Of a stretch of 64,000 nucleotides of DNA, positions 37,610 to 48,617 are shown piece by piece. The notes below the pieces were generated by a model. That model saw nothing but the letters and a program-made list of their open reading frames with translations, searched no databases and was not told the origin of the DNA. Every line of letters begins with the position of its first letter. Within the stretch, counting starts at the first letter, position 1. The translations under genes were made by a program, and so were the position numbers. Source of the DNA: Mobula hypostoma (Eukaryota); NCBI RefSeq assembly GCF_963921235.1, contig NC_086097.1, positions 115,756,001 through 115,820,000 on the forward strand. Reading direction: 5' to 3'.

Positions 37610-38282
37610 TGCTGACGGAAGTGTCGTGGAAGACTGAAACATTAGGGCAGCAGGCGGTGTGTACTGCTGTCGGAAAAAGGACCCTGTACTCAAGCGATAT
37701 CTCTATTTCTATCTCTATATCTCTCTCTCGTTAGTGAGAACCTGCCGGTTCTTGAGTCAGAGAGCTTGGAGAAGAGCTGCAGAAGACTGTAACATCAGAA
37801 CAGCGAGTCACTGGTCTCCACTCTTGTTGTTACAAAAGTGATCTTTCACTCTCTCTCACTCTCTCTCTCTCTCTCTCTCTCACACTCTCCTTACACGCTG
37901 TCCTCACATTCTCTCCTCACACTCTCTCCTCTCTCTCACTCTCTCACTCTCTCTCCTCACTCTCTCTCACTCACTCTCATACCGAAGTGCTGGGTTATAT
38001 ACTGTAGTTTTTGTTGGACTCCAGATCAAGGTCTCTTTGGGGAGCTTTTGCTATTTCTTGCATCGTAGTGGGGGGGGGGGGTCAGTGTTATTGCTAGTGC
38101 AAGTGGGGAGAGAGGGAGGGGGTGAGCTGATGCTTATTCATGGGAGGAGAGGGGGGCTTTTGGGTTCTGATGTTTCTATCATTCATTCTATACGGTTTCT
38201 TTTTTGGATGTCTATGAAGAGTAAGAATTTCAGATTTTAGACTGTGTACGTTCTCTGATATTAAATCGAACCATTTGAACAT
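37610..38282 (+). mobile_element. Unclassified non-autonomous retroposon containing a CT-rich microsatellite
   Basis: 3' end gaatttcagatt...ttctctgatattaaatcgaacc resembles 34792-34840; 5' boundary uncertain. Confidence 0.4.
37848..37979. repeat. (CT)n / (CTCA)n microsatellite
   Basis: Directly visible. Confidence 0.95.
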
Positions 38283-38289
38283 TGCTTGC

Positions 38290-38760
38290 GTTTTAAGATC
38301 AAGTTTACTGTCATTCAACTGTTCACATGTATACTATCAAACAAAACAATGTTCTTCTGGACCATACGCATAGCTCACACTCAACACAAATGTAATATTG
38401 CCATAAGTAAATTAACAAATCACAAGCTGCATTTACGACACAAGTTTAAAAAGTAAACAGTATAACTCTACTGGCGCTTCATGCTTGATGAGACCTAGGT
38501 GATGTCAGGGAGTTTAGTAGTCTCACTACCAGGAGGAAGAAGCTGCTTACCATCCTAATAGTCCTTGTCCTAATGCTATGGTATCTCTTGCCTGATGGTA
38601 GGGTGTCCAAGTGATTGATGGACAAATAGGAAGGATCATTCACGATGCTAAGGACCCTATGTATCCAGGGAGGAAGACAGATCCCAATGATTACCTCAGG
38701 AGACCTCACAATCCATTGTAGGGTCTTGCAGTCAGATGGCTTGCAATTTGCATTCAAGTA
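38290..38760 (-). mobile_element. Rex1-like 3' fragment
   Basis: ORF 38479-38817 contains LPSGKRYHSIRTRTIRMVSSFF..VRLLN. Confidence 0.7.
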
Positions 38761-38872
38761 GGTGTGAGAATCCTGTAAATTCTGATGGACATCTACAGTA
38801 GCAAAGTGCAGTAGCATGGCAGTCTAATTATAAACAGTGGAGGTGATGCAGATGGTCCATATCCAAAACAAA

Positions 38873-38977
38873 ACACAAAATGCTGCAGGAATTCAGCAGG
38901 TAGCATTTATTATTTATTCTGTTGATCCCCCTCTATAGCTGCTGCCTGACCTGCTGAGTTCCACCAGCATTTTGTGT
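38873..38977. repeat. Inverted pair of Penelope-like termini (29-bp arms)
   Basis: 38873-38901 and 38949-38977 are reverse complements at 26/29 positions. Confidence 0.85.
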
Positions 38978-39779
38978 GTTGCTCCTGTGACAGCCTGTAC
39001 TGGTAAAAGGCAAACTTTTCCTCTATAGTTTTGCTCACTAAGGACTGATGACATTTATTGGTGCATGGAATTCTGGTCTTTTGGTGTGCTGTGTAAAGAA
39101 TCAAATTACTGCTCGGTACAATCCTGCTGGAATACCATTTTGTGTATCAAAGCATATCACAGAGATCCAAATCTGATTTCAAGTCAGGATAAGGATTGTT
39201 AGCAAACCTGAAGGAAGAGCACACTTAACACAAAACAAAATTAGAGGGCTCAGGCAGCTGTATTGTAGAAACAATTTTGTGGCCTTTACAGATAACAATT
39301 GAACAGGGTCAAAACCATCAGGACACAGTGGGACTTTGAGAATGAACTTTTAAAGCATGCTGTGTCTGTTTCCTTCTCTTAACTTGTATATACAGTAAGT
39401 CCACTCCGGAATTACCTGATATTTTCTTCCATTCATTCAATAAAAGCCCACTAAAAGCATGAAAGGATTGTTGAGTAGCATTTGACACCTTGGGAAAAGA
39501 GCAACTCTGAATTTTTTAATAGCTGGCCCATAACCAAAGCAATTGTCTATGTAAAGAAGGATTAATGTGCCCCATGAGTGTCAATAAACTTCTCAGATGC
39601 CTTTGTCTCATTAAAGCGACATGAAATCTCATAATCTTCACTGCTTTAAGAAGTACTGTTAAGGTTCTTTCTTCTCCATTGAAGCAACATTTGTTATTTT
39701 TTCACATAACATTTCAAAGTCAGATGCTGTATTATGAAAGTGCAATGAATACAAGCCATTTGCTTATATATATGCGCAG

Positions 39780-39836
39780 TTTATGCTAATATATGCAATT
39801 TATGCTAATATATGCCATTTATGCTAATACATGCCA
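39780..39836. repeat. 19-bp tandem repeat x3 (tttatgctaatatatgcca)
   Basis: Directly visible; one or two mismatches between units. Confidence 0.9.
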
Positions 39837-40217
39837 CTTGGACCCTTGTTTCTGTTCTGGCATTCAAAACCTGTGGTCGTTTTATTCTGTACATTTATAG
39901 TGTTTATCATCATAACTGTTATCATCAAGTCCTTCTGACTGGACAGACTGAAGGACCTAGCATGATGCTATCATGAACACTTCTTTAGAAAATTTGGAAT
40001 TTTCCAATTTCATGCCATTTGCATGTAATTCAAATATGCTTTTCTCCTTTAATATGGAGCTGTTTTCTAGTTCAATACTTACATACCCCGCAGCTTGATT
40101 AATTGACTCTCTGACATGTTCACCAGTAAGTGGTTGGCTATCTCTTTGCACCACTTTGTAACTGGCTCAATTTGATTTTATTAAAAAATGCACCCCACCC
40201 CCACCAGAGCCAAATAT

Positions 40218-42904
40218 AGAACATAGAACATAGAATAGTACAGCACAGTACAGGCCCTTCAGCCCACAATGTTGTGCCGACCCTCAAACCCTGCCTCCCA
40301 TATAACCCCCTAGCTTAAATTCCTCCATAAACCTGTCTGGTAGTCTCTTAAATTTCACTAGTGTATCTGCCTCCACCACTGACTCAGGCAGTGCATTCCA
40401 CACACCAACCACTCTCTGAGTAAAAAACCTTCCTCTAATATCCCCCTTGAATTTCCCACCCCTTACCTTAAAGCCATGTCCTCTTGTATTGAGCAGTGGT
40501 GCCCTGGGGAAGAGGCACTGGCTATCCACTCTATCTAATCCTCTTATTATCTTGTACACCTCTATTATATCTCCTCTCATCTTCTTTCTCTCCAAAGAGT
40601 AAAGCCCTAGCTCCCTTAATCTCTGATCATAATACATACTCTCTAAACCAGGCAGCATCCTGGTAAATCTCCTCTGTACCCTTTCCAATGCTTCCACATC
40701 CTTCCTGAGTGAGGCGACCAGAACTGGACACAGTACTCCAAGTGTGGCCTAACCAGAGTTTTACAGAGCTGTATCATTACATCGCGACTCTTAAACTCTA
40801 TCTCTCGACTTATGAAGGCTAACACCCTATAAGCTTTCTTAACTACCCCCTACCTGTGAGGCAACTTTCATGGATCTGTGGACATGTACCCCCAGATCCC
40901 TCTGCTCCTCCACACTACAAAGTATCCTGCCATTTACTTTGAACTCTGCCTTGGAGTTTGTCCTTCCAAAGTGTACCACCTCACACTTCTCCGGGTTGAA
41001 CACCATCTGCCACTTCTCAGCCCACTTCTGCATCCTATCAATGTCTCTCTGCAATCTTCGACAATCCTCTGCACTATCTACAACACCACCAACCTTTGTG
41101 TCGTCTGCAAACTTGCCAACCCAGCCTTCTACCCCCACATTCAGGTCGTTAATAAAAATCACGAAAAGTAGAGGTCCCAGAACAGATCCTTGTGGGACAC
41201 CACTAGTCACAATCCTCCAATCTGAATGTACTCCCTCCACCATGACCCTCTGCCTTCTGCAGGCAAGCCAATTCTGAATCCAACTGGCCAAACTTCCCTG
41301 GGTCCCATGCCTTCTGACTTTCTGAATAAGCCTACCATGTGGAACCTTGTCAATTGCCTTACTAAAATCCATGTAGATCACATCCACTGCACTACCCTCA
41401 TCTATATGCCTGGTCACCTCCTCAAAGAACCCTATCAGGCTTGTTAGACACGATCTGCCCTTCACAAAGCCATGCTGACTGTCCCTGATCAGACCATGAT
41501 TCTCTAAATGCTCATAGATCCTATCCCTAAGAATCTTTTCCAACAGCTTTCCCACCACAGGCGTAAGGCTCACTGGTCTATAATTACCCGGTCTATCCCT
41601 ACAACCTTTTTTGAACAAGGGAACAATATTAGCCTCCCTCCAATCCTCTGGTACCATTATCGTGGACAAGGAGGACATAACGATCCTAGCCAGAGGCTCA
41701 GCAATCTCCTCCCTCGCCTCATGGAGCAGCCTGGGGAATATTCCATCAGGCCCTGGGGACTTATCTGTCCTAATGTATTTTAACAACTCCAACACCTTCT
41801 CTCCCTTAATATCAACATGCTCCAGAACATCGACCTCACTCATATTGTCCTCACCATCATCAAGTTCCCTCTTATTGGTGAATACCGAAGAGAAGTATTC
41901 ATTGAGGACCTCGCTCACTTCCACAGCCTCCAGGCACATCGTCCCACCTATATCTCTAATTAGTCCTACCTTCACTCCTGTCATCCTTTTGTTCTTCACA
42001 TAATTGAAGAATGCCTTGGGGTTTCCTTTACCCTACTCGCCAAGGCCTTCTCATGCCCCCTTCTTGCTCTTCTCAAACCCTTCTTAAGCTCCTTTCTTGC
42101 TTCCCTATATTCCTCAATAGACCCATCTGATCTTTGCTTCCTAAACCTCATGTATGCTTCCCTCTTCCACCTGACTAGATGCTCCACCTCACTTGTCACC
42201 CATGGTTCCTTCACCCTACCATTCTTTATCTTCCTCACTGGGACAAACTTATCCCTAACATCTTTCAAGAGATCTCAAATCATCGACCACATGTCCATAG
42301 TGCATTTCCCTGCTAAAACATCATCCCAATTCACACCCACAAGTTCTAGCCATATAGCCTCATAATTTGCCCCTCCCCAATTAAAAATTTTCCTGTGCTC
42401 TCTGATTCTATCCTTTTCCATGATAATGCTAAAGGCCAGGGAGAGGTGGTCACTGTCCCCCAGATGCTCACCCACTGAGAGATCTGTGACCTGACCCGGT
42501 TCATTACCTAGTACTAGATCTAGTATGGCATTCCCCCTGGTCGGCCTGTCCACATACTGTGACAGGAATCCATCCTGGACACACTTAACAAACTCTGCCC
42601 CATCTAAACCCTTGGAACTAATCAGGTGCCAATCAATATTAGGGAAGTTAAAGTCACCCATGATAATAACCCTGTTATTTTTGCACCTTTCCAAAATCTG
42701 ATTCCCAATCTGCTCCTCTGTATCTCTGCTGCTACCAGGGGGCCTATAGAATACCACCAACAGAGTAACTGCTCCCTTCCTGTTCCTGACTTCCATCCAT
42801 ACTGACTCAAAAGAGGATCCTGCTACATTACCCACCCTTTTTGTAGCTGTAATAGTATCCCTGACCAGTAATGCCACCCCTCCTCCCCTTCTCCCCCCCT
42901 CCCC
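40218..42904 (-). mobile_element. CR1 LINE (second subfamily), most of ORF2: APE endonuclease + RT, with a few frameshifts
   Basis: GGVALL, YRPP, GDFN, SDH (APE; 42275-42916); RT motifs (40839-41999); (TTCTATG)n tail; perfect TSD ccaaatat at 40210-40217 and 42905-42912. Confidence 0.95.
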
Positions 42905-43571
42905 CCAAATATCCAACAGTATGCAGAATTAATCTTGTTTGTGGTTTGGTAATCTTGAGAAAAAATATGTACAGGCACATTGGACAGCCTTCCAAACTGA
43001 ATAGGAATTCATAGGTTCCATTTATTGCTTTGAATTACACTGTTGTCTTTTCTACTTTATTTCCTTTACTTTACCTTAGCATACAATAATTTATTTTAAA
43101 AATGTACCTCTTTGCCTGGGAATTCCTTGTATGTGTGAAGAGCTTAAACCTCATTATGAAGGTCATAATAGATCTCCTGAGAAAATGTATGATGAAAGCC
43201 ATGCCACAGCCTGTAGACTGGAGCAGAATGCCATTGTTGTGTCTGTTACATAGGTGCAGGGTAAGAATGACAATGGAATCACGTGATTTAAAGTTCATAC
43301 TGAGGCATGCTAGTCATGGTACATTCTGGGCAGCCTTTCATGCAGGAACCTTGAACCAGGGCCGTCCAGATAAAAACATGCACACTGGAAAGCCCATGCG
43401 AAGAGAGAGAGCCCCCTGCGCGCAGAAGGTCCAATCAATTCACTGCATGGCCAGCTAGTCATATTCTCTCAACTGGCCAAATATGGCTCAATGACAAGTT
43501 CATATCAGCTGTTTTCATCAGTTCAGGGGCATACTGTGTGCATTTGAATCACATCTATATACTTTGTAGAG

Positions 43572-43932
43572 TAACACATGCAAAATGCGGAAGAAACTTA
43601 GCAGGTTAGGCAACATCTAGAGGGAGGAATAAAGAGATGAGATTTCAGGCTGAGGCCCTTCATCAAGGGTGGAAAGAAACCAGAATAAGAAGGTGGGGGG
43701 AGGGGAAGAAGTACAAGCGGAGGTGATATGATGGGGTAGGTGGGTGGAGCAAGGTTCAAAAGGCAAAGGACTGATGATAACAGAATCTGGTAAGAGAGGA
43801 GAGTGTTCCATGGGAGAAGAGGGTAGATGATGGCCACCAGAGCGAGGTGGTAGGCACAGCAGGAGAAGCAAAAGGGTAAGAGGAACACCGGAATGGGGAA
43901 TAACAAAATGAGAGAAGGGGGACAAAAATAAC
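43572..43932 (-). mobile_element. Penelope-like pLTR fragment
   Basis: Same terminus and purine-rich body as other copies; decayed hammerhead at 43635-43671. Confidence 0.75.
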
Positions 43933-44311
43933 ATCCACATCGTTGATTGCAACTATATATTTTCTTATTCTCACATTGATGAGAAGCTTTCAAAGGACTA
44001 CACTCCTTCAAAATGCATTAGTTGATGGTCACCAGTTTGCTATTCCTGAATGCAAACGGTTTACAACAACAATGCTCTCTCCAAAATATTCTGTTTAATG
44101 TTTATCCAGGATTTACAGTCACCAAGTATCTCTTTGATTAAATTATAGAGTTTGCAAACTACAGATGTTACTAATGGACATTTTAATCTTTCTGCTTATT
44201 CCTAAAGGGGTCAGGTATTGCTGTGAGAAACACTAACGATGTTCACCTATAAAACTGATTCGCACTCTGAAAGCAGCCTCACGAGAACTTGACTGTATTA
44301 AAACTGACATA

Positions 44312-44475
44312 GTAACACACATAATGTTCTGGAGGAACTTAGCAGGTGAGGCAGCATTTATGGAGAGGAATAAACAGTCAAACGTTCTGGGCCGAGGTCC
44401 TTCATCAGCACCGGAAAGGAAAGGGTGAGAAGCCAGAATGAGAAGGTGGATGAAGGGAAGGAGTACAAGCTGGCA
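44312..44475 (-). mobile_element. Short Penelope-like pLTR fragment
   Basis: Terminus plus decayed hammerhead at 44375-44413. Confidence 0.75.
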
Positions 44476-44744
44476 TCTCAAATTTCTTGTTGGAAGGGGT
44501 GCCTAAATTTCCTTCCAGCAATAGCTTCCATTAACACTGACAACGGAATGGGTATCCATGGATATTATTTTTTACTCCAGGCTTAACCAAGGTCAGTTTT
44601 TTCAACCATCCAATAGATATCTTGAATCCATGGGAAACAAATTTCCTTTGAACTATTAAGCTCAAGTCTTCCAACCAAAACTGAACAATAAACAGAGTTG
44701 CAGCACTGAGCTTGTATGACAACAAAAAAGAGAAGAGTGGGCAA

Positions 44745-44925
44745 CTCACAGAGTTTTTGGCTCATGGCTCAGAGATTCAGGTTCAAACTTCTGCCAGTGC
44801 TGTCTGTGAGTTTGGCTATATTTCTCTGCAACCATATGGGTTTCCTCCAGCTCTGTCAGATCTATTCTACATCTTAAAAATGTATAGGTTGGAAGGCTAA
44901 TTAATCATGTAAATTGCCCCTATTT
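44745..44925 (+). mobile_element. Old tRNA-SINE fragment
   Basis: B-box-like ggttcaaac, then ctgtgagtttg...tgggtttcctcc...gtaaattgcccc core; similar piece at 8130-8260. Confidence 0.5.
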
Positions 44926-45198
44926 GAAATTCGTTATATAATCCATGGTGAGCTGCTGTGAATAGCTTACAGCGAAAATTAGTTGGGATGGGAGGGCAAT
45001 GGGATGATCCAGAGCCTTGGTATAGAATGAACTCCTTCTATGAAACGATGACAGCATTGCTCCATTTTTTCCATGGATTCTCATTGCTGGCAGCTAACTC
45101 CTGCCAGGGTCTTCGCAGGTCTGCTCTGTCCTTGGTGTTTGTGCTTGTGTATGAGAAAGAGGGAGAGAGCATGAAGGAGTAGTGTTTAAATCTTCAGA

Positions 45199-45609
45199 CT
45201 TCTCTAACTTCCGCTAAGGCCCCACCTCCCTCTCGTACCCCATCTGTTACTCATTTTTATGCACACATTCTTTCTCTCACTCTCCTTTTTCTCCCTCTGT
45301 CCCTCTGAATATACCTCTTGCCCATCCTCTGGGTCACCCCCCCCCCTTGTCTTTCTTCCCCGACCTCCTGTCCCATAATCCTCTCGTATCCCCTTTTGCC
45401 TATCACCTGTCCAGCTCTCGGCTCTATCCCTCCCCCTCCTGTCTTCTCCTATCATTTTGCATCTCCCCCTCCCCCTCCAGCTTTCAAATCCCTTACTCAC
45501 TCTTTCTTCAGTTAGTCCTGACGAAGGGTCTCGGCCTGAATCGTCGACTGCACCTCTTCCTAGAGATGCTGCTTGGCCTGCTGCGTTCACCAGCAACTTT
45601 GATGTATGT
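45199..45609 (+). mobile_element. Young Penelope-like pLTR insertion with 16-bp TSD
   Basis: tgtttaaatcttcaga at 45183-45198 and 45610-45625; inverted homologue of 47075-47490. Confidence 0.9.
45513..45550 (+). ncRNA. Minimal type I hammerhead ribozyme motif (best-preserved copy; one core change GAAA>GAAT)
   Basis: tagtc-CTGACGA-agggtctcggcct-GAAT-cGTC-gactg: stem I, catalytic core, stem II, vestigial stem III, GUC cleavage triplet. Confidence 0.75.
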
Positions 45610-46410
45610 TGTTTAAATCTTCAGAGTTCACCTTCAATCTTGTGACTTCATGAACTTCTATGGAAATAGAAGTGATGCTCATTAAACCCATTTTATAGAA
45701 AGATTTCTCAATCAATGGCTTCCTATTAATAATCCTACCGAGTATAGTATCAACCCTATCAATACTGTAAAAGGAAACAATGGTGAACTGCAAGCAGCAG
45801 CGTTTGATCAATAACTGTAGTTGTGTGGAATGTCAACATTTACAATACGCAGTACTCAATGTAAAGTATTCAAGCGCGTTCCATGTATCCAAGCCTTGCT
45901 GGTTTGAGAAAGGGAAAGACTAATCCTCTCACGATCATCCAACATAAAAATATGGCTGAACTGTAAATGTTACCAAACGTTCAATTTCATTATTAGGGAT
46001 AAGCTAATTGTATTATTATTAAGTGCTATGCATGGTGACTGAAAGAAGACAATAACTGAGTTTAACAGTACATTCTGTAATAAGGCACCGACCAGCTTCA
46101 GGGCCTCTCCAAGTAGGATTAGTTTTAACAAAAAGCCTTTTGATAAACCACAGCAGTAATCCATTAATGTTCATGTAGAGATAAGAATGTGCGTGAGCTG
46201 GATTTAGTGTCCTTTCATGTTATGTTCCTGAACCAAAGAAAATAGAAGTTGGAATAGATTATTTCTCCACTCAAGCCTGCCTCATCAATCAACGTGATCA
46301 CTGCTAATGAGACTCAGTCCTCAACTTCTCTTCTAATCCAGTTGTCCATAACTCTCAAATCACTGAAAATATGTAACTATTTCCTCTTTCAATATGCACA
46401 ATGATCTAAC

Positions 46411-46654
46411 TGTAATGTATTTAATATCTCAGTAATATTTGAGTAATATTGTAAATATATTGTTTGATTAGGCATCCTTTATTTGTTTGCATAATTCATT
46501 ATGGGTTTTAAGTACATAAACAGCATATATCATTATGCCACCACGTCCTATGTAAGTGCTTCACACAAAAGAAGAGAAAACAAAACAAAGTAGACCAGTA
46601 TCCCAGCTGCTGTGTTTTTCTTTCAAATAATTTCTGGAGTTACAAAACATAACA
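46411..46654 (+). repeat. Gypsy 5' LTR
   Basis: tgtaatg...cataaca; 3' half aligns by eye with 58781-58916. Confidence 0.85.
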
Positions 46655-46829
46655 GTGGTAATGAGGACGTTTTAAAACAAATTTGAGATGACTACTTACA
46701 GTTTGAAGGGAGGAGAGAGATATGTTCGAGTTTTTTTTTAAAAGGCAAGTTAACAAGCAACCAGTCCAGCCTCAGGATCATAAACAGTGAGTACTTGGTA
46801 ATAATAATAATATTTTTTTAAAAAGCAGA

Positions 46830-47035
46830 AATGGCTAATTACATCAGAAAAATAGACGTGATCAATTGCACAACATGTAACTGTTTGACGTATTCTAAAT
46901 GAATTAACAATTATTTTTGAAGCAATTGAAATTGCTGATGAAAAACAGGTGCCAGTGTTGCTGAGCGCAAAGGGTGAAAAAGCGTACAAATTGCTTAGAG
47001 GTTTTTCTGCTCCAAACAAACCAGCCCAAATAAGC
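46830..47035 (+). pseudogene. Gypsy gag N-terminal remnant
   Basis: Decayed M..YI.KID...YFEAIEIADEKQVPVLLSAKGEKAYKLLRGFSAPNKP just downstream of the PBS. Confidence 0.65.
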
Positions 47036-47671
47036 AAACACAAGGAAATCTGCAGATGCTGGAATTTCAAGCAACACACATAAAAGTTGCTGATGAATGC
47101 AGCGGGCCAGGTAGCATCTCTAGGAAGAGGTACAGTCGATGTTTTGGGCCGAGACGTTTCATCAGGACTAACTGAAAGGAGAGCTAGTAAGAGATTTGAA
47201 AGTGGGAGGGGGTGAGAGAGATCTGAAATGATAGGGGAAGACAGGAGGGGGAGGGATGGAGCCAAGAGCTGGACAGTTGATTGGCAAAAGGGATATGAGA
47301 GAATCATGGGACAGGAGGTCTGGGGAGAAAGAAAAGGGGGAGGGGGACCCAGAGGATGGGCAAGGGGTATAGTGAGAGGGACAGAGGGAGAGAAAGGAGA
47401 GAGAGAAAAAGAATGTGTGTATATAAATAAATAAATAATGGATGGGATACGAGGGGGAGGTGGGGCATTAGCGGAAGTTTGAGAAGTCAATGTTCATGCC
47501 ATCAGGTTGGAGGCTACCCAGACAGAATACAAGCTGTTGTTCCTCCAACCTGAGTGTAGCTTCATCTTTACAGTAGAGGAGGCCGTGGATAGACATATCA
47601 GAATGGGAATGGGACGTGGAGTTAAAATGTGTGGCCACTGGGAGATCTTGCTTCCTCTGGAGGACAGAGCG
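47036..47671 (-). mobile_element. Penelope-like element 3' end (GIY-YIG C-terminus + pLTR + hammerhead at 47133-47170)
   Basis: 47490-47670 homologous to 48995-49175; remainder homologous to 45199-45609. Confidence 0.88.
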
Positions 47672-48617
47672 ATATTCTGGCCATTAGTGAGACTTGGTTG
47701 CAGGAGGGCCAGGACTGCCAGCTCAGTATTCTGGGGTTTTGTTGTTTTAAACATGACAAAGCAGGATAGATTAAAGTGGGCAGGGTGGCATTAATAGTCA
47801 GGGAAAATTTCATGGCAGTGCTCAGTCAGGAAAGACTGGAGAACTCGATTAGTGAGGTGTTATGTGTAGAAATGAGGAATAAGAGAGGTATGACCATATT
47901 AATAGGGCTATATTATGAACTGCCCAACAGTCCATGGGATTTAAAGGATCAAATTTGTAGAGAGATTGCAAACTGTTGCAAGATTCATATTGTTGTTATA
48001 GTTTGTGATTTTAACTTTCCACATATTTACTGTAACTCCCTTACTGTAAAAGGGTTAGATAAGAAAGAGTCTGTCATATGTACTGAGGAAAGTTTCCTTA
48101 ATCAAGGAAGTTCCAATGAGAGAGCGTGCGATGCTTGATATCATATTAGAGAATGAGACAGAGAAGATGACAGAAATTTGTGTAGATGAACACTTTGCAT
48201 TCTGTGACTGCAATGCCACTAGTTTCCAAGTAAATATGCAAAAGGATATGCCTGGCCTGTGGATTGAGATTCAAAGTCGGAGAAAGGCCAATTTTGACGG
48301 TGCCAGAAGTGATCTGGCAAATGTTTTCTGGGACAACTTGTTTTCTAGAAAAGTTGTACCTGGTAAGCAGGAGATCTTCAAAAGAGAAATTCTGAGAGTA
48401 CAAAGCTTGTATATGCCTGTCAGAATAAAAGGTTTATAGAACCTTGGTTTTCATGAGATATTGAGGCTCTGGTTAAGAAAATAAAAGAGGTGCATTGCAG
48501 GTATAGGCAGGTAGGAGCAAATTAGGTATTTTTGGAGTGAAAGGACTACAGGAGAACACTTAAGAAAGAAATCAGGAGGGCAAAAAGAAGGAAAGAGGTT
48601 GGCCAGCAGACAAGATG

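Noticed and set aside
39780..39836. CRISPR-like array
   Set aside because: Head-to-tail repeats without spacers in eukaryotic DNA.
39957..40154. Minus-strand ORF containing a GTAAGT donor
   Set aside because: No good upstream acceptor and no recognisable peptide.
43080..43266. Strong acceptor at 43079 and donor GTAAGA at 43261; ORF 43102-43458
   Set aside because: All three frames between these sites contain stops and the peptide has no recognisable family; a non-coding exon cannot be excluded.
46750..47490. 246-aa Pro/Ser/Leu-rich ORF (also 45204-45645, 48451-48972, 43598-44011)
   Set aside because: Low-complexity translation of the PLE pLTR running across element junctions.
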